In this document: piece after piece, positions 25,485-59,226 of the stretch | How positions within the stretch are numbered: the stretch's first letter is position 1 | How the letters are laid out: every line of letters starts with the position of its first letter | Notes under the pieces: generated by a model | What the model was told of the DNA's origin: nothing | Seen by the model: only the letters and a program-made list of their open reading frames with translations | Database searches by the model: none | Position numbers and translations under genes: made by a program | Assembly: GCA_012295275.1 (NCBI GenBank) | Contig: CM022679.1 | Coordinates: 12,958,001 to 13,022,000 of the forward strand | Reading direction: 5' to 3' | DNA from: Chrysomallon squamiferum | Lineage: Eukaryota > Animalia > Mollusca | DNA: 64,000 nt

Positions 25485-26321
25485 CGACCTTGAATGCAAG
25501 GGAGCCTACTCAAAACATTTATGATTATCTGTCCTTTAATTTTGATATAGATGGCGCTCACAAAAGACTGAGGTACCAAAAGTTTCATTTCTGCGTAAGT
25601 ATTTAATAATTTTAAAAACCTATTAACAACCTATTGTTATATTATTCTTTTATGTTTTGACCTGAATAATTTAAACCATTTGTGGGTTTTTTTCACAAGA
25701 ATATCGTATATTTAAAATGAATAATTTCTGACTTCAAAACAGTTCCTCACAATCGCGTCATGAATTATGATGACGCACTTAAATTAATAGTTTTCAAACA
25801 CTGGACATTTACTTAATGTAAAATGCCTCATTATCATTTATTTATTCTTTATTTATTTGTTGCTGTCATGATGAAATATTTCTGGAAAATAAATATTATT
25901 ATTATTATAATTTTAAAAAAAAAAAAAAATTTTTTTTTTTTTTTTTTTAATTTATGGAATATTCCAAAGAAAAATTATGTCAAAAAGTAGTGACGATATT
26001 TTCTCCAACACGCATTTTCCAAATCAAAAAGCTATTTTACCCATCAAATGATGTACACAACAAAAAGTCAAGTAATTCATAAATATTTCGGGGCACTTAG
26101 GAATCACCATTGAAATCATAATAGGCCGCAGCTATAGTGTACGTGTAGTATTTACCAATGATTATAGTGTGTATGTGTGTATTTTCAGTCTGCATGATTG
26201 GTGTTTGTGCATGTGTATATGTGTGTATGCATACATACATCATACATATATGTAAAATAATAAACACCAAAAAAAAAAATGAAATTCTAGGCAACTTTTT
26301 TCACTAGTTTTATAACCATAT

Positions 26322-26407
<86 letters not shown>

Positions 26408-27317
26408 AATAAATAAATAAATCATACAAAAAAAATTTTTTAGTATAATTATGTGTGTTTACGATTGTGTGTGCATGTTTCTGTTATATAATTATGTGTA
26501 ATTTTACTTCATTTGTATTTCGTAAAATGTGTATATATCTGTTAGTGTATATATAATTATTCTCTTTTATATCCTAAACAGCTGGTAATATATTCTATTT
26601 TAACACATAATTGGTCATTTGCAGTAATACAATAATAATAATAATAATATGCACCTGTCAACAAAATGTAATTAGCATTCATCGGTCCTTCGATTGTTTT
26701 AAATATTTGATAATATCAGTCAGATAAAAATTAACGTATGTTTATTTTCAAAGATTTTATTTATACCATTATTATTTCTATGACAGATATTCTGTTTAAA
26801 ATTCGTTAATTTACATTTATCGGTCTCTCCATTTATCCATCCATCAATCCATATATCAGTAATCCTGATTTCTATCACTCACGTTATTTCAAACATGCTT
26901 ACATATACTGTAGTCTTTTATTTCCCTAATAAGCTCTTGGTAAAAAGCAGAATCAGTGTCCAATCTTGAAGCGTTACCAGTCTATCGGCTGATGGGGATT
27001 TCATCACTGTACTAATCTAAAATTGTTAAATGTTTCATAATGATTTTTCTTGGGATTTGTTTGAAGTACGTTTTCAAGACAAAATATATTTGGCCGTGTA
27101 AAACGGTGGTTTTTGTTGAAAGGGACTATTTTTAATTAACAAGATGGATATTTGGTAGGGCTCAGGCGATGTTAGACCGGTGTGAGAGGAAAAATCATAT
27201 ACTGGTAGTAACAGCGGGTTTCTTTTGACCTCTTAACCACTGATATATTTATATCAAATAATTGTATGATAAGAAATGAATGGGTCATTGAACATTTTAT
27301 TTATTTATTTATTTATG

Positions 27318-27368
<51 letters not shown>

Positions 27369-27908
27369 AATACCTTCTTCTTCTTATATCTGTTTTATTT
27401 TTTTTATAGTTTACTGACGCCATCTCAAAGCCATCCGTTGTCTGCACTGGTTTAAAGATTAAAAGACTGTTGTTGTTTTTTTTTAAACAGTACAGACGTA
27501 CAGCAATAATATAAAAATCGAATCTCAATTATACACATTCCATTAACAAACAATATTCAGTCCCTAACATGAAAAAGCCATAAAAACAAATCACGGATAA
27601 CAGCATAAATAACGGTGCACAGTGATATTGTCATTATCGCTAACGACGCAGTATACCTTACGACGTTATTTCAAATCGAGCGACGTCTTTGGAACACCCT
27701 CTCCAACCTCTGTGGCATAATAGACTAACCCGATATCCCCAAACCAGTTGTAGGACTTCCCCCAGCGGACCGATTTAGACACACGTAAATTACTACTACT
27801 ACTGGAGTGCGAACATAACGTAAACATTGACTGCAGACCCAGTTTTCGTTTCATGCTGTTGACAGGGGAACCGTAGCAGGTAAATAAGACGTACTGCCTG
27901 CTAAAGCC

Positions 27909-47188
<19,280 letters not shown>

Positions 47189-47389
47189 CCACACTTTTGG
47201 TAATACGGCAAGGAAATTTGTAACAGTAATTTATCGGTGGTGGGGAATAAACACATTCATAAATTTTAATTATAAGCAAGTAATGAAACATCTTACAGTC
47301 ACCCATAAACTATTAATAACAGTCATCTGTTTCATGAGATAAAATCACATTACCTTCAGCGAAGATAATTTTGAAGAATTTGATATAAT

Positions 47390-47680
47390 AAGCTGAAAAT
47401 CCTTTATCCGAAATATTTGGGACCGGAAGCGTTTCGGATTTTAGAATATAAGGAGAGTGCCTGAGAATACGCTAAATCTAAATACAAAATCCATTTATAT
47501 TTCATAAACGGCTGACACAAACAGTCTGCAGATTTTATTTATATAATATTTTTAATAATTTTCTTCGTACAATAAAGCATATGTACGTAAAAGGATCGGA
47601 AAACTGTATGATATCACAATTTCTGCTGCTCGATAAAAAGTTTGAGATTTCGGAATTTACGAAAAAGGATGCTTTACCTG
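47390..47680. mobile_element. Non-autonomous Tigger/pogo-like DNA transposon (MITE) downstream of the SDR stop
   Basis: Degenerate TIRs agctgaaaatcctttatccgaaa ... tttacgaaaaaggatgctttacctg. The internal ttgggaccggaagcgtttcggatttt and atccatttatatttcata...taatatttttaataattt resemble Tigger4/MER46 as recalled from memory, not searched. Confidence 0.6.
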
Positions 47681-49129
47681 TGCAGTAGTAGCTAACCTGG
47701 TTTTTTTGTTGTTGTAAAAGAGTGTTCAGCATCTCATACTGTAAGAATTATGAAAGGGCATAAGAAATTACCTCTATCGCCAAACTAGTTCAATGGGCGA
47801 ACAAAGATGGCGTTTTGTCTAGCTCACGTACACTAGACTAATTTTTGTTATGTAAATTATTGTTGTTATAATCCCGTTCTTTTTTGTGTTAGTGTTCGTT
47901 TATTTTATTTTTTGGCAAAGAATTACCCATGCTTATGAAATATAGATAAATGTTTGGCAAACGGAGCATGGAACTTAAAATATTAATTCGTGCAAGTGTA
48001 ACTGAGAACAGGAAGTCGTTAAAAACTACATAAAATATTAATAAACATGTTTATATATAATCTGTATTTCATTTAATCACTTAATGGACATGTACTTTTA
48101 TAGGCCCTTCCTATTTGTATAGTTCGTGATGCAGTAGAGATAACATATATAATAGTATGTAAATAGAAGATTTGTATTGTTGAATTACTGATACGTCACT
48201 TATCTGAAGGTCCAACAAAACCTTCAGTCGCGCCAGGTTTTGGAACGAAGGGTGCCGGAAAATCGGTTGTGTTACGAACACTTCTTTCAGAGTGTAACAT
48301 GTTTGGTGTTACTGTGTACACATGTATCAGTGTGTTGTGCTCTTTAATGAAAACTTATTCAGATGTGTAGTTTTCTTGTTAAATTACTCGGCTTCTCATC
48401 GGTTAGTGCATTCATAAACAGTATTTCAGTTTTATTACACGGTATGATATATTTTTTAACTGGCAGCTATCAGAATATGTAGGTAGCCCATATCTACACC
48501 AAAGTTGCTGCCTTTCTAGACACAGTTACATCCAGTGATATTAAAATATTTAAGCTCCTGCTGCTTTAATGTCCGCAACAAGCAATTTATATTCTAGCAC
48601 GGATCCCAGGACACAAACATTTTAATTACATAAAAAAACAAAAATCGCCGTGACCTGAAATGAATGCAATGAAATTATCGCAGATTTGTTCGCATTAAAT
48701 TAAATAAAGGAATTATCTATGTTTCTGAAGTATATAAAGACATGGTAAAAAGTATTTCGAAATATTTAGAAAGTATCATATATCCGTGGACGTTTCTAGG
48801 CCTAAGGACTAATGTTGAATCGAAACGGAATAGTAATGACGTGTTGCTGAAATCCAAGAATAATTAGTTTATCCTGCTAAGGCAGTTACTTGAATTTATC
48901 TGTTATACTTATTTAGAATATTATAGTGTGTATATTTGTAAGTTTTGTGTTCTTTTTTTTTTTATGTGGTCTGTATATATGTGTGTGTTATAAACTATAA
49001 CATTCCTCGAGGATTTACTAATCCTTTACCACTGTATTTCATGTTTATTAAAATAATATAAACTAGTTATTCATTTGAATAAAACATTACATTTGTAACT
49101 TTTGGAAAACAACACAGAAAAAAAAAACC

Positions 49130-49161
<32 letters not shown>

Positions 49162-49876
49162 ACAACATTTATAATAAAAATGGTTGTGTACGGAATTAAT
49201 TATATTATTTTAGAGTTGTTAGAGTTAGTTCCCTTGATATAAAACAAAATATTTAAATTTAATACGTTGTATTTTGACTTATTATTATCATGTTATATAC
49301 ATATTGTCTTTGCTCACCTACAACAATACGTAGAAATGTCAGCTGGCAGTTTTCTTAAACGGGAATTTTACGTATATCTTTATGTGTACCTCTTAATGTA
49401 TAGATGTAGTTTGTGTATGTGTGTGTGTGTGTGTGAATGTATATAATGTATATAATGTATGTATGTATGTATATACGTCTGTATGCATGGTGTATCAGTG
49501 CATGTGTGTGTGTGTTTATATATATATATATATATATATATTGCAGATGAATGTAAATGTTAATTGTTTCAGCTCATTATACTATATGAATAATTGGGCA
49601 GGTTCATTTTACCTTAGTGGGGATAATTATAAGAGAACATTTCAGATGTATAATTAGATCAAATGAAGAACTTAAAATGCCCGTTTTGTTTAAATTAGGA
49701 TATTTCATTGTAGCGCATTTATCAATGTCTATCTAGTTATCTGTTTATCTGTATATCTGTTGTCTACTTGTATGTATATGTGTTCGTATACATGTATGTA
49801 TGTATGTATGTATGTATATTGGATGTACATGTATATATGATTATATATATATATATATGCATGTAGGTATGTAGAT

Positions 49877-49907
<31 letters not shown>

Positions 49908-52080
49908 GCATACATACACTCACGTTTTAAAATAGTATTTAATATTTAATGATATAAATAAAATAACTTATTACTGTAAGTGTAACTATCGATTCAAGAG
50001 TTAATGTAATCGTATTTAAGTCCCTTGCTTCTAAATCAGCATCATCTACACGGTCTTGGGAACATTAGAAATTAGATAAAATAGTGGAAATGCTCTCTTT
50101 CGAATTAACGAGGAAAATTTTATGTGTGTAATTAGATGAAGCAAAAGGGAAACCTTTGGAAGAAATTATAGTTAGCTTATTGTTACTCTAATTCAAATAC
50201 TTCAAATACCACATATTTAACATAATAGACTGCGCACACATTTTTATATCAGAAACAACAGGAGAGATAAAATTGATATATTTTGTTTGGTGTTTTTTTC
50301 TATATTTTATTACGTTATAATAACATATAAATATTTGTTTTGTTGTTTGTTTGTTCTTCTTCTTATTATATTACCATTGCATAATATGTTTATCGTTATT
50401 TTCATTTTCAACATGTTTTAATAAAAATGTTTCTTATAATTTTTTGTTTCGCATTATTTTTTATTTTATTTTAAATCTTTCTCTTTTTTTTCATTACTTC
50501 TTCTTCTTCTTCGTTTTATTATTATTATTACTTATTTATTTATTTATTTACTTATTTATTTATCATTTGTTTATTTATTTTATTATGATTATGATTATTA
50601 TTTTTTATTTATTTATTTATTTTTAATGCCTGCAACTGAGAGAGACCGAGAGAGAAAGACAGAGCAATGACAAAAGGAAATATAACACTACTGTTCTACT
50701 ACTGTTAGGCTACTACCGCTACAACCACATCGAACGAAAAACACACAGAGTCAAACAAAGCTCCTTTTCCACGTAAATACACATCAACTTTTTGCCATGG
50801 AACGGAAACAAAACAACAGCTTTATCACGTCCCATTCAAACAATTATTTCAAACTAGTTTTAGCTGTTTCTGACAACATTTGGGATAATTTCCAGGCTGA
50901 TACATAACAACAGTCAGGGCTCAAGTTACTACTGAACATGTTATTTATCTGCCATGCTAATATTTGTAAACAGCTGTTTACTGAACAGTTCTGGTTTGTC
51001 TGTTTGTCTGACACACAAAATTGTGATTTAACAGTCTCAATATCAAGTTTTCCCTCATAAACAGTATGCTGGTTTTAATATGTCAGTCTCTTTTTTTTCT
51101 CTCTCTCTCTCTGTTTTTAAAGAAGGTATGTCATAGCTTCGAATACCAGATCAAGTAACTGGCATAACATTTTTACACATGCACGCACATAAATATTCAC
51201 GCAAACGCATGTGAATGTTTGCAGGTGTGCGATCAAGTTTATAGTACTAACTACGGTAACATACACAAGCACATACTATTTATTACTCACTATTTGTTAA
51301 ACATTTACTGTAAAGCAGCTTTTACAAAAGGTCGTTCACAGAATGCACGGTCATGCCTGAAGATCTGCCTGGACAGTTTAAGTTATCGCTAACACCCAGT
51401 AATCGCGAGGCCGGATTTCAAACAAAATCCTATTATTCCTGACACAGCCGACCGCCTCCTTTCAAAACACTTTGTCCTTACAGTTATACGTCTATTCAAG
51501 GACTATGTCTGCCATGCCACTGTTTTGTTCACTGTGGCGAAACTAAATTAAATGGAAAAAAAAAAAATCTGGCCCAAGATTGACTGCCTTGAGATAAGAT
51601 TTTCTTCAAGTGATATTGTTCAAGCCGCTGGTGTATGTTTGCAACAAAGAGAGTACAGATCCTCACACAAGTCTTTGTCAAGTACATCATAAATATATAG
51701 ACTAATATATAGCATCCGTATTCAAATATGTCGCAAGAATAACCAACGTATGGACTAACAGTAGATAATGATAGGGGTATCAGGTAGACCACAGACAACT
51801 GTCCAGATATATTATATATACAATAAGTACAATGATGACTGTGTGAGATACGTCATAGATAGAATCAGCATACTAATATCAAGTTGTAGGTAGGTATATC
51901 ACTGAAAAAATCAACATACCAAATAAGATAGATTACAGCTACAAAATACCCTCATAGATATTGTAATAATAATAATCTTCATTATTATTTTTGCTGTTTT
52001 TGTGTTCTGCTTTGATTTTGTTTCGTTCTTCTTCTTCTTCTTCTTCTTCTTCTTCTTCTTCTAATTATTATTATTATTAA

Positions 52081-52140
<60 letters not shown>

Positions 52141-52872
52141 TGTTCCATTTATGACGGACGTTGTGGATATTAATTTACTCACATGAATACATTAGAAACC
52201 AGGATATAGAATGTTTAAAAGGAAAAAAAAAGCAATAATAAAAACATTTTTTTTAAAATATCTGTGGAATGAAAATATTCTTAAGAGTCTATGTTACGAC
52301 CACCACAAAGCTATCCGTATGTCAATGAACTGCTGCTGTAGGCAAAAAATACAAATAAAATAATAAATAGGGCGATCTAGACTTGACTGTTTTTATTCAT
52401 ACTGATACCACAATGTATTAAACGGTTATTTCGTATTGTGTCTTTAAGACATTTAATAATCTGTTGTGTCGGTGGTGATTCATGTCTTTTCTACTTGCCA
52501 GTCCTGTTTAGCACGAATTGTGTGCTTCAGGACAATGTTTTCAGGTGGAATAATCTACCTGTATTCATGCCAATTTAATCATGTTAGCGGCGATTAAGAG
52601 TTTACGTAAAAGGTTTGTCCTCTTGCCTCGATAGCTCCACATAATTGCTGCAATATTCGTTGCAGGGTAGACCTCACATGGTGAAAGTAAAAAAAAAAAA
52701 AAAAAAAGAAAGAAAGAAAGAAAGGAAGAAAAAAGGATTCATTAATCTGGCAAGGCAATGGAAAAACTACCCAGCAAAGTTTACGTAGTGACAGAAAAAA
52801 CACGGAGTGAGGTGGCTGTTGCACAATGCTATTCGGTGAAGGAAACTTGAGATTTCGACTAAATACGTTACA

Positions 52873-53760
52873 ATGGCGGATAACATTTCTCCCGTCCACG
52901 GTGCGCTAATCCCCAGGTGGAATCGTACTGCTGTACAAGTTCCGCAATGGCCACAGAAGAGGAAAGAAAAAGAAATGGCTCCTGTTATTCGTTTCTCGAA
53001 AACCAATCTTTACTCAAGTGTACCAGACAACGCGCTTCAGCTTAGACGTGCCAAATCTGGATTGGAACCTTTGCCAAAAATGGATCCCAAAGAGGTTTCC
53101 AACATGATAACATTCCGTGATTCCAGTAACATCAGTGCCAAAAAGAGTGTCGACTCGCTACCATTCAGACCAGCTATGACGCGTTCAAAACAAATTCCAG
53201 GACGTTACTTTCCAAAACCTGTCTTGTCTGCGGATCACAAAGCAGTTCTTGCCGTAATCCGTCCTAAGAGAATGCTCTTCCCGTCCAAAATCAATCCTCT
53301 GCCACAAGTGCCTACAGGATTAGACGTCAGCTCGACTTCGTTTGCATTAACGCCAGGAGAATCTCCTTACAAGTTGAAAAAGATTGCCTCATCTTCGTGC
53401 AATCAGAAGATAGCCCAGACAAGAAGAAGTCTTCGTGCATTTCCGGAAATTCAAACGGAAGTGTTCGCCATATGTTTTCAGAAAGATGAAAACTTGGAGT
53501 ATGATCCTAACAGCGAGCTACATAGTGATTATTACTCCATAAAACGAGTGAATCTCGCTAGTTCGTCTAAACATCGGCTAGGACAATGCATTGATCATAC
53601 TAAAGGACTTTTAACGTCAAACAGTACCGACTTTGCTGTGGTGCTCAGAGGACATAGGAAGAGACTTCACACTCGGATGTACGTCCCGCCGGAAGAGGCT
53701 TCAAACGAAACAGAAAGTAAATCTAAAGACGATAAAACTGAAAAATCAGTTATGCCATAA
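52873..53760 (+). CDS. Single-exon uncharacterised basic, Pro/Ser-rich protein (295 aa)
   Basis: 888-nt non-repetitive ORF in very AT-rich DNA, with a good start context (acaATGG) and higher GC than its flanks; no family recognised. Confidence 0.75.
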   Translation: MADNISPVHGALIPRWNRTAVQVPQWPQKRKEKEMAPVIRFSKTNLYSSVPDNALQLRRAKSGLEPLPKMDPKEVSNMITFRDSSNISAKKSVDSLPFRPAMTRSKQIPGRYFPKPVLSADHKAVLAVIRPKRMLFPSKINPLPQVPTGLDVSSTSFALTPGESPYKLKKIASSSCNQKIAQTRRSLRAFPEIQTEVFAICFQKDENLEYDPNSELHSDYYSIKRVNLASSSKHRLGQCIDHTKGLLTSNSTDFAVVLRGHRKRLHTRMYVPPEEASNETESKSKDDKTEKSVMP

Positions 53761-54561
53761 CTTGTAAAGGAAAGAGAAAATAAAATGACGAACAATGGAT
53801 GAAATTATTTTTTGCTTTGGAAATACCTCAAGATATTAAGTTAATATTTTGTGCAAACTTGTGATATGGTACTTATTATACAAGACGCACATGAAATACA
53901 GTATACTGGATAATTCACTTTTATTTATTTATTTGTTTTTAATACGAATTACTTGTACATTTTTTGTTTGGTGTGCATTGTGATATTAATATTGTTTATC
54001 AGAAAGTTATCGTGTTTTGCCAAAAAGATCGCCAGAGATCAAGGATAAGACAGAAATCAACAAAAACAAAAACAAATGAATATTTATTACAACATGTCAT
54101 CGTTGATAGCATTTAATATGCACTATTGGTGAAACCTTAATTATACTTCGTGTTCTTCCTGCTACATTTGTTATCATGAACAGTCTTTGCTAAAAAATAA
54201 AATAAAGTATAGACATAATGGAACAAGCTGGAGAGGACGCATGGAAGCTGTTGTTTTTTCCTTCCATTCAGCAACGGCATAGAGTATATAGAAATGCTAA
54301 CAAAAACAGGATGGCCAATGTACATCGTTTCGGAGATTCAAGTTCGTCAGTTTCTGTGTACGAAATGTTGTTACGAAGTCAGAGGAAATGTCAGCTTCCT
54401 TGTTTTTTAACGCGATTTACATAATCTTCATTTCACCATTAGCAGATATTTGTAATGCTATGATCTTGAACTACAGAAAATGTGTTTAGATTTATCAGAC
54501 AACCAAGGGTATTCGTAATTGAAAATGCATGACGTTTTTTCTTTTCGTTTGACTTAAAATC

Positions 54562-54604
<43 letters not shown>

Positions 54605-55300
54605 ATACACTGTATTACTGAATTTCTAGCCATCTGTTTCTTTTGTTTTTATCTATAGTGGAATTCTGTAATATGTAAATGATGACATTGGGGGGAAAAA
54701 AAACCAACAAAAAAACATTTTTCTGTTGAGTATCATTGTATTTTTCATCACTTTGAAATTATGAGAGAACGTTATATTTAACTTATTGTCAGTCTCTCAG
54801 AAATTTAAAGTTGTAGGTGTATCACCATTCTTGCATTTCGAATATTTCGCTTTAAGTGTGGATACCAATTTTCTGTAAATATATTTAAGTAAAACAAAAC
54901 ATGTTTTATGCTGAATAACAGAAGACGGTAATGTTATAACTGAACAAAATGAGAAAAATTGTTGAAATACGTTTGTCCAGTGTTCGTGTACCTTTTATCT
55001 GGGCTTGGTTTCTGAGAGATCGACTACAGAATAATACTTGTAGTATGGTTTATTTGTTAATTACAGTATTATCGTTCAAATGTTATAATTGTTGGTATAG
55101 ATGGTGTGTTTAAAACTATTTTTTAAAATTATTATTACAGTAATTTATTATAATTTTAAAGATAATTCAGAACATTCAGTCTGCATGCTGTATGACTAAA
55201 TGAAACACCCTAAATTTACCCAGATCCACACTCGCGAGATTCATTCCATTGTTTTGTCTGATCTTTGATGAATATTTTAAGGATAAAGCAATGTTTATAA

Positions 55301-55445
<145 letters not shown>

Positions 55446-58400
55446 ATTTTCGTACTGTATTTCTTTATCTGTTTTCGATGTAGCTCCAAAAATAACTACT
55501 AGTTTTGATTTGTTAGTTTCGCAAATAAGTTCGTAAAACATTTAATAATGAATATTAACAGACAATGAAGAAATAAAAAATGTATATATTACAGTGCTTT
55601 ATTTATTATTTATGTCTAACTATCATTCTGTTGTTTATTAAATTTATTTATTTAAGTATTTATTTATTTTAATAATTTATTTATATTAATGCATTTTTTT
55701 CATACTAAATCTGTTTTAGAGTTAGTTATTAATACGCTGCTTCCTATTAAAATTATTATTTAAATTATTTTTATTTTCTAAATCGTTTCAGGTTTCTGAA
55801 ATTATTCTATAAAATACCTAAATGATTTTTCTTAAAGAAAACAAAATTTTTGTCACAGTTCCTTTTCTATTAATATTTCCTGATATGAATTTATTTATTG
55901 TTTTATTCATTAATAATTATTTTAAATAACACATTTTTTTTCAACTAATCTTTAAAATAAGATTTTGTTCAGTAATTAATTAAATAGATAAATAAATAAA
56001 AATAAAAAGAGAAAACTGCAAATGTAATCGACGAACGTTTAATAAATCATACTTCTTCTAAAAGAAAATTTATTTTAATATATCTCTGAAAAATAAAGGA
56101 GAGAAGTTCATGGTTTCTGTGGTTTTGTAGTGCAATTCTTTTGATGATACATGTATTTTTGAATTTTTTGTCACAATCTAAATTTAGTATGATCAAACAT
56201 AATAATGTGCATCTGGTTTGCCAAGGATATTATGAACGTGTGATGACATTATTACAAGGTAATAAAATATTGTAAATTAGATTCTATTTGAAATAATTAG
56301 TCTAAATCCAAGAAATAATTTTGTAAGAACTTTCGTCCAAGTTTAGTGCACTGATTATAGCTTTGTCATCATATTATTATTACTAGTAGAAACAGTAGTA
56401 GTAGTAGTAGTAGTAGTAGGAGTAATAGTAGTAATAACAGTAGTAGGAGTAATAGCAGTAGTAGTAGGACTAGTCGTAGTAGCAGCAGCAGTAGCAGTAG
56501 CAGTAGTAGTAGTAGCATTTACTCGTTTTAAGTGAAAGTGCTTACATAGAGTAAATATTTGAAAAATTATGAACATAGATTATGTCATTAGACAGTACCA
56601 TAATTCTTTAATCAGTGTTTCATTTCATTAATACAAAATGTTAATAATATCAGTCTAAAACGAATTATTTTTATTTTAAAATGATATAAAGGTATTTAGT
56701 AACGTCTGCCACACATTTGTTTCTTTTCTGTACTTATTATTATTAGTAGTAGTAGTATGTAATATATATATATTTATTTATTACTAGTTTATTTAACCAG
56801 CAAGTTAAATTATGCCACTTAGGTGGTTTACAAAAAGCCGCTTAAAGCATAGAAAAATAATCAGCTGTGATAAGATTAATATGCTTTGCTCATTCATTCG
56901 AAAGAAAAGTCTAATTTTTGTTTTGTTTTTTTACGAAACAACAAGTTCAAGTAATTTATTCAGAATCAATTAATCTGCATTCTTAACGCATGTACTCAAC
57001 TAAAATGCTATAACACACTGTGAACGTTTTTTTTGGTGTTGGCTTGAAATCAGAGTTAATCCGTATATATAAAACATGATACTGATATGGTTCTATAACC
57101 CTGTACATTTATATCCACAGTAGCCTTGACAAAACTTTTAATTTTCTAATGACAAGTGTGAACCAAAATTAGGTTTTCAATGAGCCCGACTTATTTATGT
57201 ACATATTTATTACAAGCACTGCAAAGTTACAGAGAAAAGACTTATAAATAATTTTAAAACGAAAAGTAAAATTACGTAAGATCAAAAAGGTGTAGTGATA
57301 CGTATAGCGTTTGTATAATAGTTATCCTTGTTCATATTTAAACGTGTGTCATCTTGAAAATTCTCAACATTATCATTAAAATGAGGCGCCATGGATTCAT
57401 CTCAACTGACTCTGGATGCACTTTTACGGCTTTTCTAAAGACACGTTTTTATTTTTGTTTGTTTAAATATACATTTATTTATTAAATCCTGTAAGTAAGA
57501 CACAAAAAAATGAGTTAATAATTTCCACTAATAATAATAATGCTGATAAATTAATTTGCTTGATTAAGAATTTCATTTTCAGAATACACCTGAACAGATT
57601 TCTACGTATTACACAAAGCAAACGATTGCCATATATATTTTTCATCGGTCAAGATAACTGTACTCTAAAAATTTTAAGTCTCTTTACGTGCAGAAATCAT
57701 GTTCGGCTGCCATGGACATGAACTCCGACAAAGATATAAATTAAATCTTTTTCACAATACACCACACTTGTCTCCTTTCAAGGACTTTTTTTTCTTATAC
57801 TTTACATTTTTTCACCCATTGTTATGGAAAATAACTGAAATACCAGTGACAAGAAAAATAAAGTTCTTTCAGAAACCGCGTTTGTCAACAGACAGAATCG
57901 ATGAAATACGACGTACAGCTTAAAGTACAAGGCCTCAGTATCAATGGTTGTTTTGTATCATGTCTTAGTATAAGGTCTTTGTATAAACGCGTTTTGTAAT
58001 GTTACACGATTTCGAGGACTGACTGCCTGCGGAGTTTTCTCAAATATATGATCTTATAGTACTTTGTAAATAAAGACATATTTTTTTTATTATTATTCAG
58101 ACAAACGTAAAAAAATAAAATAAAATAAAATCAATAACTAAATAAATAATAATAATAATATATACACCAATGATCATAATTCATAATCAATTCATGTTCG
58201 AAATAACGGTAGTTCGCTAGCAACAGTATATATAAACGAAAAATTGTTAAATTTATATTTAAAACAAAATTTAAGAGATAAAACCTTCAGCTAAAAAATA
58301 AGGTAAATAAATACAAAAATACAATACCAATAACAATAATAACAACAACAACAACAACAACAATATTAATATTAATAATAAATAAATTCTTATGATACAG

Positions 58401-59110
58401 CATAATTAAAAATGACTGAATGGTAAAATACGTTTTGATACAATATAATGTGCCATATGTTAAAATGGGGGCACTGAGATATTTGGAAATTAGAAAATTA
58501 ATTCCCACTATCTTTTTTTTTTTTTTTAACGTCAAATAAGTAAGTAAAATCATTGATCAAGTACTTTTAATACATAACACCAAACATATTAATGCACTTG
58601 TATAACTATTCAAACGATTCAGATAATGAACACAACGGCTCTGTACATGAAGAAAATATTAATATGGAAAAACTTGCCATCTTGTTAATATTATTTCTGC
58701 ATTATTTTACTGACGGTAAACTTACCCTTGGCCCATATAATACTACCGTCTACAGTTAGTTTTTAATGAAATAGAGATTATTTCCACTTAGGACAGTCAC
58801 TACATTACTAATTGTTTTCAGTCATACTTCAGAAACTATTAACAGTAACAAGTAATCATTAATCCCTTCCTTCTTTGTTAAACAAATCACTGAACGACTT
58901 AATTACACTAACCGAGAGCTGAACAGCAGTGACAGGTTTTACTTCTGCTCGGCAATATTTTAAATATGTTTTGATAGCATCAATGGCACGCTTTACTTTA
59001 ACTTCTTAATACACTTAGTGTTTTGACAATACGTGGACATCAAACTCGCCGCCGTGAATGGCCTCTTAACAACTACTCGTCTCAATGTCAAGGTCGATGT
59101 CAGACTAAAC

Positions 59111-59117
59111 TATATAA
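59111..59117 (+). promoter_or_regulatory. Candidate TATA box of the 59227 gene
   Basis: TATATAA about 115 bp upstream of the ATG; positional inference only. Confidence 0.4.
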
Positions 59118-59226
59118 TCCCGTTACCATGAGTATTTTCAACATATCAGCCATACACTGTTAGACCAAACAGTTATAAGAACATACTGTTAATTATAATA
59201 ATTATTATTATTTAGACGTCTTGAAA

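Noticed and set aside
27666-27854. 62-aa antisense ORF at the SDR promoter
   Set aside because: Short, no recognisable motifs, and expected by chance in a GC-richer promoter/5'UTR.
51480-51830. Possible decayed LINE reverse-transcriptase fragment
   Set aside because: Only a vague resemblance, with no recognisable motif in an open frame.
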